NCBI GenBank assembly: GCA_030704615.1
Contig: CM060733.1
Location: 48,856,001-48,920,000, forward strand
Reading direction: 5' to 3'
Source of the DNA: Takakia lepidozioides
Lineage: Eukaryota; Plantae; Bryophyta
DNA: 64,000 nucleotides
Program-made: the position numbers and the translations under genes
Notes under the pieces: generated by a model
Told to the model about the DNA's origin: nothing
The model's database searches: none
Seen by the model: only the letters and a program-made list of their open reading frames with translations
In this document: in pieces, positions 13,524 to 24,745 of the stretch
Position numbering within the stretch: the stretch's first letter is position 1
How the letters are laid out: each line of letters starts with the position of its first letter

Positions 13524-14072
13524 GGTTGTGACCAACCATCAGGAATCCAAGCTGGATCTCTTCAAAAACACCTCTCACCATCAAGAGTGATAAGAAAGCA
13601 AGCATCCAGCGATTTTTGTTCTCTCTTGAAGAATTGTCCATTTGCAGGTATAGTCGATGGGGTAATGGCTTGGCTCGAATAGGGCCTTGGGACACCCTAG
13701 GCTTCAATATTTTCTCACATCGAGACTTTCCCCTCATTAGAATTTTGAAAAAGGAGTTATGCATTGGATGATCAAAAATTTCTCTTGAGTCTCGACACAT
13801 GGGCTTCTCAAGAGCGCGAAGACAATGAGCCAAGGAGTTGATTGTCAAGTTAGGATCACTTGGCCAGAACTCGTTCGTGAACTGAGCATATAAGCACCGT
13901 CACCATAGCCATGAGTCACCACACCTGTTAGGGATATAGGTAGTTGACCGAGACCAGATGTCATCTTGTTTGTTACGAGGAGCCGGGGCAACGCAGTCTT
14001 CAAGTGATCCATCTTATCGTGTATATACCAAAAGACTGGAACAGACGTACAAATGGAACACATCGAGATCAA
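13524..14072 (-). pseudogene. Sola-like (DUF7869-type) DDE transposase fragment
   Basis: IHDKMDHLKTALPRL; LYLQMDNSSRENKNRWMLAFLSLL..GVFEEIQLGFLMVGH, truncated at the GH motif by the inverted-repeat arm; family name from motif memory. Confidence 0.6.
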
Positions 14073-14254
14073 TGAATGTATTTAGTGTGGGATGAATGGG
14101 TGATGGAAATCTTCTGGGTCACTGAATCATGGATGAATGAAAAAATGGGATGGATGATTGGTGGATGATGGGATGAAAAATCCGGATGAATGGAGGATGA
14201 AAATCTATAATAAGATTGATTGAAGAATAATTAAAAAAAACAAAAACAAAAACC

Positions 14255-14570
14255 CAGAAGTGATGATCGGCCGATCATCACAACAACGACATCTACCCAA
14301 ATCACAAATGCCAGATAGAGAAAAACAAAACAAAACAAAACAAAACAGAAGTAACGATCCGTGCCAATCATCACGACAACGACATCTACCCAAATGCCAA
14401 ATGCATTAAAAAAAATTGAAAAAAGAAGAAGAAGATGATCGGCATTGATCATCACGACAACAACATCTACCCAAATGACAAAAAAATAAAAAATAAAACA
14501 AAACAAAACAGAAGTGATGATCAATGCCGATCATCACGACAACATCTACCCAAATGACAAATGCTTAAAA
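14255..14570. repeat. Tandem repeat, ~4 copies of GATCATCACGACAACGACATCTACCCAAATG separated by A-rich/CAAAA spacers
   Basis: Visible units near 14272, 14367, 14447, 14529. Confidence 0.8.
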
Positions 14571-15347
14571 AAATTATTAAAAAAAAAAATCATGTGAGTA
14601 AGTCTACCCTCGACTTGTGCATCATCTTTGGGTGCCATGTTAACGCACAAACATCATTTTCGGACTAATATCAGGTCTCTGGGTCTCCATTGTAGGGAAA
14701 GCAGTTGTGGGTCCTCAAGAGCCATTCGAACTGCCATTGCGTCCGCATACACAGTAAGCACAAAATTGGGTGGGGGACTGTTGAATACCGAAGCGTCCCA
14801 GAGCATGGAGGCTCCATCCTCGGACCCCAATATGTTTGGGCACGGGTGTAAACATCCCAACTCCGCAGTTCTGAAATATGTAGACTTATATGCAGAGGAT
14901 GTGGGGACATGTGTTGATGGCTCAGAGTCAGACTGGGCAGGACATGACCTATAAACTTTTTCAATCTCATAAAAAAAAAATTGAGTCCTCTCGACATACA
15001 TTTGCATTCTGGGTGCTTCTTCACATGGTCCACAGGAGATAGACAGGGAAAAAATACCAACCATTGTTTGTTCCTAATGTTTTCATTGATCCATCATTCA
15101 TTCATCCACTATTTTTCATCCCTCATTCATCCAGTGCTCATCCATTTGCAACCATATTCGTTGTTTTGAAACTATACAAGGTCAACTTTCTACCACATTA
15201 AGCCCCGCGGTAATAGGTGTACTGGTAGTTTTTCGGCCGCGATAATAGGCCCAAAGACCGTTTTCGAATCCACGGACCGTGAGCGGATTTATGCTCACAT
15301 GAGCCGCTCACGGACTAGCATTCCCCGGTTGACACTCATGTATAGAC

Positions 15348-16076
15348 CAGTGTTGAGCGGGTATATATGTTGACATATATACCCAGCCGGGTAATAATCA
15401 GGGTATCATACTATTGAGACCCACCACCCAAATTTTTGGTGGACCCGGCTTGAGTTAGAACCGGCGATGGTCATCTCGCCACTTACCCGGCCCAAGCTAG
15501 AACCGGCAGGGGCCAACTTGGCTTATTACATGGAACCGGACTTGAACCTTGAAAATCAAACGGGTAGTAACTTTGAACAATACCTTGTGATTTTATTAGA
15601 ACCTGGCTGCATTCATGAGTAGTAATTATGTAGCCACATGGGGTCCGCATTTAAGAGGACTGTTAGTCAAAGGCTGTTGGAAGAAAAACCCTTGTATGGA
15701 GTTGTAGGACTCCTATCTCTTTTCTTTTTTCTTTTTTTCCCTTTTCTAAACCAATTCTGGTCCTCTTAATTGTGATTCTTCATATTTCATTTTGTTTGTT
15801 TTTCTTCTTTCTTTTTGGTCCTCTTAAAATCTTAATGTATCATAACTGAAAATCAGGTTATATTGATAACCGTTGTATGGGACCCGGTGTTCCACTTGGA
15901 TAATGGCATATTGATAACTTGAGATTTTTTTTTGGGGGACACATCTATTGATAACCTCTATCTACCACAATTTCCAAACCCCTACATTATATATAACCGC
16001 CTCCATACCGATTTAAACAAAGATGCCTTACCCGGACCCTTCAATATGCCCAAATTGTCATACCCGCCCAACACTG
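15348..16076. mobile_element. Non-autonomous hAT element / MITE (729 bp)
   Basis: 17-bp TIRs CAGTGTTGAGCGGGTAT and (reverse complement of right end) CAGTGTTGGGCGGGTAT, 16/17 match; 8-bp TSD GTATAGAC / GTGTAGAC, 7/8 match; no ORF. Confidence 0.85.
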
Positions 16077-16354
16077 GTGTAGACAACTAATTGATCATAA
16101 AAAATAATGAATCAAATATCAGCAGAGTATAAGTCAAATAAAGAAATTGAAGAGGCAGTGGAAACACATGTTGAATGAGGACCCAAATTAACCACCAAAT
16201 ATGAAAAAATTAAAGAGCCGAAAAATGACTTTGAAGTACGAGAGACTAAATTCAATGAATGAATTTATTGAAATGAGGATAAGAGAACCCAATGGTGGCT
16301 AAGCCTCAGCTCATGTCCTCCTATCAAATTTCAGATATACCAATACGTGTGCGA

Positions 16355-16700
16355 TCAACATCTCGCTGAAGAAGCATGCAGACCTCGTTGAAGTACAAGG
16401 GTTGGTTGATATATGCAGTAGTCTCTCTTGAAGTCACACAACATCCTTCTTATAAAAATGTAATAAAGGTGTTTTTGTGGGGGACATGTTTGCCGGCTTT
16501 TTTGCCAAGAGCCAGCAACATGGAAGTGAAGTACAGACAAGAGATAATTTCCCACTGTTACGTTATAGATATTTTGTAACATGGAGTCGTCTGAAACCAC
16601 TGTATACACTCTCTCGTATCCTAGTGAAGGGACTTCTGCATATAACGTTATTGCTGATGTTTTCTCAGTTGGTGATCTATTGAATTCTTCTTTGACAAGC
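16355..16700 (-). pseudogene. Remnant of MULE transposase SWIM C-terminus
   Basis: EVPSLGYERVYTV..QKHLYYIFIRRMLCDFKRDYCIYQPTL aligns with EVPDPGYGRVFTI..CKHLYFIFLKRMVCDPKRDNFIHQATM in ORF 35338-36507. Confidence 0.75.
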
Positions 16701-18229
16701 CCATGGAGTATTTCTCTACATCCGCTGGTAGATATTGGATGGTTGTGAGATTCAAAGTGCAAGCACGCTCAGGTCATGGTCTTGGACCGATGCAGTTGAT
16801 TACAACTAACTGCTGCCAGTAATGTAGTTATTTTTTTTTCTATCCCTAACCAACAGACGTCAGGTAAGTGAAATTCTAGTGAAAGTATAGTAAAAACTTT
16901 TACTACTTATTTATCCATGTTAATATATAAATAATAAATACGTTGCAGATACACATGTCATGGTTTAAATAGTTGTGTCAGTCAGTTGATTTAGGTAGTC
17001 AAAGTCTCTCACTACATTTGCAATTATAGCCATGACATAGTGAAAATATTTCACTATCGTGTACTGTGTCGAATATTTTAATATTTTTATTTTTATTATG
17101 GAATGGTTGGAAGAGTAAAAAATAAAAACAGTAAATTTTTTTTAAAAATCAAACTGAAACGTTGAAAAACCTAGGGTGTGTTGTAGTGATTTATGTTTAC
17201 AATGCAAGGATGTACATCTACCCAAATGACAAAAATGATGAGTTGTGGGGATGGTGACGTGAGAGGTAAAGTGTTGATGGGCAGGTCATGTACTAGGAGT
17301 TTGTCCGGGCAAAGCCTAGCTGGGCATGAGCACGGTGATCGGATACATATGCATGGTAGCAGCCATGGTGGTACAGTGTGGTCGGGTGGCCGATCTTGGT
17401 AGGTGCCAGCGTTCATAGTGAGAACCATCGAGTTTCGGCACATTTTTAAAAAAACTTATGGAGGTGTCAAACTGCATGGTTGTGTCTAACTCAATTTTAA
17501 CTAATTCTGGACTTTTGGCTTAAATCCGGACAAAACTTAATATATTTTTACATTTAAATTAAATCAAATAATTACAATATTATGAAGCAATGAATCAAGA
17601 TGTAGTTTTCAAGTGAATGTGCATGACTCCAAATTCCTTAAATGTCGACATCAACGTCGAATGACACACATTAGACAATGCAAATGATATATGCTAATAA
17701 CACAATTTGCATGACTTCAAACTCATTAAACATCGACATCAAAATCGAATGATATACAAATTTAGCCAATGCAAAGGATATATACTAATTAGCACAAGTA
17801 TCCATGAGACATCGTTATCCAGTACATGTTGTCAATTAGTCTGCTATCAATACAAAGGCACTATATATAGTCCACAAACACCCTAGCCCTGAAACTAGAA
17901 CATCTACACATAAGACTGACATTGAGAAGACTGGGTGTGCGTCGCACGAAGATATGTTTTTGCAAATGCCTCCGCGTAGATAGGTAGCTTGTAAAAATGA
18001 AGACTCGAACTTAGACAAAATATTTTGTTTTGTAAAAAAAATGTCGGTCTCGAATCCAAATTGACTCCTGCAAAAGAGTAACCACGGATATAAATTTATG
18101 AATACTAACACATGAATACAAGGTCCGAAGGCGAACTAAAAGATATTCAAAATCAAAACGGTACACCGAAAAAAAAAAATCTTACTCACATGAGAAATCT
18201 GAATCAACATTAATAAAATGTGAAAAAAT

Positions 18230-20380
18230 GTATGGAACCTATGGAACTTCTAGACATTTTTAATCGAAATAATTTCTCCAAACCAATGTATCAATGTACT
18301 CCAAAGCTATGTACATTTTTTTTCAATGACTCGCTTCGGGATATAAGGTTTTGAGGTATTGTAGGGTTTAGGATAAGAAAAAAATATGAAGAGGGGGAAA
18401 AAAGAAACAATAGTGCATCGAACCTATAAGAACTTTCAATCAAATATCTCAACTTTGAATACATTGTACCCCAAAGTAAGAGTGTGCTTTTTTAACGAGC
18501 TTCCAACATAGATATAAGGTTTTAAGAGCATAAAATTTTAGAAAAAATATAAGTATGAATCACACAAAATATGCAGGAAAGTTTATGACATATTAAAACG
18601 TTCAATCAAGTAATATTTTAACCATAATTGTATTATATCCAAAGCTGGAAAAATGATTTGAATGAACTTCAAATATTTGAATGAGGTTTAGGGTATAGGG
18701 GTTTGGAGAAGTAAAAGTGCTATCAAGTACAAAATAAAATTGGACGAGTGTGTAGAACATATAAGAATTTCCAAGCCGATGACTCTATCATACATATAAG
18801 CTAGAATAAAATGAATCAATGAGCTTCAAATGTAGAAACTACGTTTTAGGGTATACTAGGGTTTAGAACAAGTGAAAATGTGAATGATACAAATAATGGG
18901 ATATTGTTTAGGACCAATACAAAATTTCAATTAAATATTCCAACAACTCTTAGTAGTATGCAACCCCAAAGTTAGAAAAGAAATTTTTGAATGAGAGTCA
19001 AACATTACAAAGATATTTTTGGGGTACCGGGCTTAGGCTATTAAGCTAAAGTATAGGTAAGAACAAATATGAAAGAATAGAACTTAGGATCTACAAAAAT
19101 ATCAATTTAAAATCCAGACCACTTTATCTTATTATAAAGTGAGTCAATGGGGGAAAAATAATAATGAGCTTCAAACAATCAAAAAAGATTTTTAGGGTAA
19201 CATACTAGGATTTAGGGTAAGCAAATTTGGTACTATTCAAATGACAAGCAAATTTACAAGAGTAATTAAGACATATAAAATCTCTCAATTAAATATCATA
19301 AAATTCTATAGACTATGTCCCAAAAGCTTAGTACTAGCCAAAAATTAAAAAAACAATCTATTCAATGTAAACAAAGGGTTGAAAAGTGCTTATAAGGAAG
19401 TTCCATACAAAATTGCTACCAAGTAGTACTAAGCAATTATTTTAATGAGCTAAATCAATCTTATACATGTTGGGATTAAAATTTGTTCCGACCACGTCCC
19501 CACTCTATTGTACCCCAAAGCTGAAAAAATTTAGAAATGGGAGGAAAAAAAACAAACAAACAAAAAAAATAAAAACGGGACTTGGGCTTCAAACATGGAT
19601 ATGAGGTGGACAAAAATATCAATGAGAAACTAATATGGAAGAGACAGTTTGAGTACGAGGTCCTATAAAAACTTTCAAAAAACAACAACAGTGTATGGAA
19701 CCTATAAAAACTTTCAATCAAATATCCCAACCTTGAATGCATTGTATTCCAAAGTAGGAATTTGCTTTCTTAAGAAGCTTCAAACATGGATATAAGGTTT
19801 TAGGGGCATAAAGTTTATAAGAAATAAAGTATGAACCACATAAAAATATGCATGAATGTTTAGGACCTATAATTTTTAAAACATTCAACAATCAAGTCAA
19901 TATAATATTCTAACCAGTGTAATTTGTATTATACCCAAAGCTCAAAAATTGATTTGAATGAACTTCAAACATTTGAAGTTTTGCGGTATAGGGTTTCGGA
20001 TAAACAAAAGTACTTCAGTAAAAAAAAACATATGGAAGAGTAAGAATTTCCAAGTAAATATCTCGATGACTTTGTCATATATGTAAGCTGAAAAATGCAA
20101 TTTATTGAGCTTCAAATGTACCAACTGCGTTTTAGGTTATAGGGTTAAGTCTCCGGCAAAAGTATGAATGATAGGGGTGATGAGAGAGTGTTTAGGACCT
20201 ATACAAATTTTCAATTAAATATTCCAATTACTCTAGTATGCACCCTCAAAGTTAGAAAAACAATTACTTCCGAGTGTCAAGCTTCAAACATTACAAAGAT
20301 ATTTTTGTGGTACTTGGCTTAGGCTAAGCTAAAGTATATTAGATAAAAAACAAATATTATGAAAGAGTAACATTTAGGAC
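18230..20380. repeat. AT-rich degenerate tandem array (~180-190 bp monomer) with a higher-order duplication (~18420-19100 vs ~19700-20380)
   Basis: Recurring ACCTATA..TTTCAATCAAATAT..CCAAAGCT..GAGCTTCAAACAT..TTTTAGGG; AACCTATAAGAACTTTCAATCAAATATCTCAAC at 18421 reappears at 19699. Confidence 0.75.
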
Positions 20381-20471
20381 TACACTGCCAGTCATTAAAA
20401 GCCTAGTCGTCACTGTCCGAGAACAAGAAATATGATATTGTGGCCTGATTTGCACTGCCAATACGGAGAGC

Positions 20472-22628
20472 TTACGACCGTGATCTCGTGGTCAATGAGG
20501 GACCCAATGACATGTGATCAATTTTGGCCTGCATCCGCCTACTTCGCGGCGAAAGTTGACTTTCTTCTTCACTCTCACGATGCGGCGGAGGTGGATCGAC
20601 AACAAGTGCTCGGGCTGCATGCAAATCGAAAACGATGTCGTCCACATTCGGCAATAGAGCCCCTGAAACATGATGATAACGGTTTGTCCATAGTCGCCTC
20701 CATTGCTCTACAACTGCCTTGATGGTACTTTTGAAACTTTCCAACTGTCTCTCGCGGGCCCTGTCCCTAATCATTGTGTCGTTTCGACGATAAGCCGCCT
20801 CGTACGCCTCATTCATTCGGCGTTGACATATTATAGCATCTTCCAGTTTGGACAACAACAAATGTCTCCCAATCGGTTCTCGGTCATACAATTCGTTCTC
20901 CTCCGGCACCCATGGAATCTATGGGAGCCGGATAAACCTGGGCTTTCTCTGACTCCGATGCCCTCCCAGATTGCGGCAAAACTGCTTTCTCTCCCACCAA
21001 TCGGGAATGCCTCCCGCACGTATGGTTATCTCCCAGTCAGATGTGACCCATAAATACTGGGGATCTTTGACGTATGCCGGGTTTTCGGCATGTATGCCAT
21101 GCATCTCTTTGTCTGCATCCCATACCAAGTTCTTGCCCCAATGCACACAGTTCAGAAATGTGAATGATAATCCATCCAATGGGAGGTTGTGTCGATTGTA
21201 TTCAAAACCTATGGGCATCCGATCCTCCAAGCCCACCAACTCATAGAAACGGCGATGGATTGGTGTACGGCATTCTAGGCAAGCGCTCATCCGCAATGCT
21301 TGCGAGATAAGACATGTGAGATGGAGCATATATCCACATGATCCAAGCACATGACATCCTTCTGGGCCATATGGATTCCTGTACATCGAACAAACTGTGT
21401 CATCTAATATCTATGACAGCAAAACGCGCCGTGGTATCTCCTCCCTCTGGGCCGGTTTGATGTGGTTAGTCATCCTTGTTGTGCTTTATCTCCAATTCTC
21501 AGTTTATGCTTCTGTTCAACCCCGAAATTTTGTGCTCACATCGATTGAACATAGAATCCACATCTGCCCAGTTGGTATACCCGGCGAACACGCTTGATGC
21601 GATGCGGAGATCGTTATACCTTTGCATGTTGGCATAAATGTTATCCACGCTACGGTTCGACATGCGTGCGACATGTTGCAAGCCTAATAGTACCCGCTCT
21701 ACCCGTGCTTTTCTGGAGGCCAAATAGGTCGTCCATTGTACCCAATTCTCCCAATCGCCATTCAATGGGACCCATACTCCAATGTTTTGGACAATCGTCA
21801 TGCAGTTGTCATGGCAATGTCCCGCTCCTTTGAAATGCGGTCAAAATCTGATATCAGATTCATCTCGGATTGAATGGCAACCCTCGAGCATTCCCTGCTT
21901 TCCAGTACCGATTCTTTTCCTTTCTTCCTTATCTCATCCGCAATTCGCTGTTCCTCAACCATGGTTTCATCGGCCACATGGTCAATGACGTCCGTAATTT
22001 CGTGAATGATGAGATCAATACTGCGATTGGGCATCGCAAATTCCGCATCCATGTCCTCGACGTTTGTTCGATCCTCATTGTGGACAACAGTGCCTTCATT
22101 GTTTGGAGACATGTCTTGCAATCTAGCTTCCAAATCGGCTATGCGCAGTGTTTGTCAGTCTAGTCGGTCATGTAGGGTCCTGATTCGCTGGTCTCTTTCC
22201 GCCGGTTGTTCCTCTAACGTTGCAGCCGGTTGTATTCCAAACGTGTCCGGGATGTACTCCAAATCATATAGCATCCTTGCATTCCTCCTACTAGCAGTTT
22301 GTCAATTCACTGGACACAAGAGTATGACCTCCACGTACAACATGGCTGCCAAGGTGTACGGGATTTGGCCCTTTAAGAGAGGTTGACCCCACAATATGCA
22401 ATGCACCTCATTCGCCCTATGCTGGAAATGCAAGTTCGTGCAAGACCTGGACTCTGCGTAATTGTTTCGGGTTTGTACGTCATGCCTATCTAAAAGCCAC
22501 AATCGATTGATGTTGTACCACTTTACGAATTTTTTGCATTTCGCCATCGGCCACCTGAACTCTTCCGGAACATCCTCCCAGCCCTCTTCTGCTAGTATGC
22601 TAGGGTCACCATATACTTCCCAATTCAA
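20472..22628 (-). pseudogene. Fragmented ORF of unknown function with coiled-coil region and RING-like finger
   Basis: Consecutive minus-strand ORFs; VCSMYRNPYGPEGCHVLGSCGYMLHLTCL..SACLECRTPI resembles a degenerate RING. Confidence 0.55.
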
Positions 22629-22804
22629 GTCTTGCCTTGACCCTTTGATTTTCTTAGGGGGCGGTCAATGTTTATTGGGGTCATCTCTTCCATGACACTC
22701 ATTCTCCTGGCCCTCTCCATTCTGCAAGAATCGGAGCAACACTAAACGAGGTTTACTAATAAGATATAACTCTAAACCATTCACCCTAAACGAATTTGAG
22801 TAGG

Positions 22805-23429
22805 TGTCAGAATAGTTCATAAAAGCTAATTTTGTAGAATAAATTTATTGTCAAGTTATTTTACCACTAATGTGAAGTTAGCTACGAAATAGCTAGCTTT
22901 TATATATTGACATTTGGGATTGACCCAAGTGTCAATCCAGGGGCCAATACATATTTGGGTACCTGGCGTTGTTATCTTCACGGCAGATCGTGGTGGGCTC
23001 ATCTTTCTCGAATTGAGCCTCACCACGTCTAGCTATGGCGCGGTAGTGTAGATACCCCATGGCGTGGGGTGCACTTGGCTCGACTTAATATATAAGTGAT
23101 GTTTTCATGTGCAAGTATGTGAGTTTGAGAGAGCTTGTGTGCTTGTATCATTCCCTTTCTTTATCACTCGAGAAAGATCAGCTCGAGTATGTGAGTGTCA
23201 GGTTCAAGTTATTTTGTAGCACTTGTGTTTTCATGAGAAGCGGTTCAGTCTCGAGTGCAGAGATCCGTGCGTGAGCCTATCCAAAGTGGATAGAGTGCAA
23301 AGGCAAATAGGTTGCAGGTTTGCAATGGATAGAGAGGCGGGTAGCCTATGTTGAAGAGCAGCGTTGCATAGCTCAACGCTATGGCAACGAAGTTTGGGCT
23401 TCTAGTGTGAAGCGGAGGAGATGCTGGCA
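22805..23429 (+). mobile_element. Putative LTR (TGTCAG...CTGGCA) abutting the integrase C-terminal fragment
   Basis: TG..CA ends with imperfect inverted termini; internal TATATAA and patchy similarity to 24400-24560 (TTGAGCCTC, CTTGGCT.GACTTA); no TSD found. Confidence 0.4.
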
Positions 23430-23896
23430 GAGAACCTTGTTATTGCCCAACATCGAGACACATTGAGGTACGCTATATACATGGAGGGGGATATCAGCCA
23501 GGTGTTCGGCGTTTCCATCCTGGGGACTATGTGTATCTGCAGCAGACAGCGCCTACGACCTTGGATGTCACAGTAGGTCGTGTGATTCTAAGGGTCCGGG
23601 AGGTGTTGCCTTCAGGAGTGTTGATTCTGGAGGGTCGAGATGGCATGGTATGGAAGGACCATGTGCGCAATTGTGCGCCATATCACCTTCCACATGTGGA
23701 TGGGAGAATAGATCCCAACCTCGCAGTGGTACCTACAGGGTTGCGTTGCATGCTATGTAGGCATGCTGGTGGTGCCACGACCATGTTGGTGTGTTACAAA
23801 TGCTCAAGGGGGTGGCACATGAGATGTTTGACACCGCCACTTGAGGAGGTTTCTAGTGGGGAATGGTTGTGTCCACGATGCCTTGGACAGAGGTAG
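23430..23896 (+). pseudogene. Ty3/Gypsy integrase C-terminus ending in a PHD finger
   Basis: ENLVIAQHRDTLRYA..RRFHPGDYVYLQQ.. then CMLC..MLVCYKC..WHMRC LTPPL..GEWLCPRC-stop (C4HC3); followed by PPT and LTR. Confidence 0.85.
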
Positions 23897-24142
23897 TGGG
23901 GCATGACAGTGGCGAGGTTGACAAGTGATCCAAGGTCTAGCTAACGGGAGTTCGATGCCATGGACACCCAATTGAAGCCATGGATTGCAGGAAGGCGAGT
24001 AACGATGGGGCTACTTTTTCACCCGGCCTCTTGATCTATTGACTTCAGATAGTGGGACTTGGGCGATTGATGACCAAACGATGATCTTATTGGGATGGAT
24101 ACTTGTCAGCTATCTGGTGTTAGAGGGACCTAATCACCAGCT

Positions 24143-24745
24143 AGGGGGGCGATTGTGGTATAGCTTTCTAAGATTGTGTGTTTAGATTGTGTGGTGGGCA
24201 GCGATGTATGTTGTGGCACGATGCTTAGGTGCATGATAGCTGTCATGGTTTTAGTCATGGTTATCTAGAATTACCTACTTCTAGTTAACTATGACATTTT
24301 AGATATTTATATTTATATTTTGTGTGTTGGGACTTCATTGGGTCTCACATGCCAAGTGAGGTGTCGAGCCTCACTTGGGACATGGGGATAGGTTTTCCCC
24401 TTGTGAGGATGGAGGAGACTCATCTTCTTGTAGTTGAGCCTCCATGAGCTTCTCTCACCTCCATAGCTCTAGGTATTGAGAGGGAGTGTGTTGAGGGCTT
24501 TGTAGGGTGGATTCCCTTAGCAAGGGTGCCCTTGGCTTGACTTAGTTTATGTGATAGAGTGGATCTCACTTGGAAGGAATAGGGCTTGTTCTTAGTGTGA
24601 TTGTTTCATGCTTTGAGAGTTTTCATTGTCTTCCACTTCTCTCATTTCTCATCTCTTATCATTGTGGTATAGCTTTCTAGGATTGTGTGTTTAGATTGTG
24701 TGGTGGGCAGCGATGTATGTTGTGGCACGATGCTTAGGTGCACGA
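24143..24745 (+). mobile_element. Polypurine tract (24143-24152), 3' LTR (24154-24661, TG...CA) and a tandem partial second LTR start (24663-24745)
   Basis: AGGGGGGCGA-T-TGTGGTATAGC; the first ~80 bp are repeated almost identically at 24663 after ...TTATCA-T. Confidence 0.7.

Noticed and set aside
14255-14570. CRISPR-like repeat-spacer pattern / membrane-protein ORF 14231-14524
   Set aside because: Spacers are low-complexity A-rich; the hydrophobic ORF is a translation artefact of the repeat
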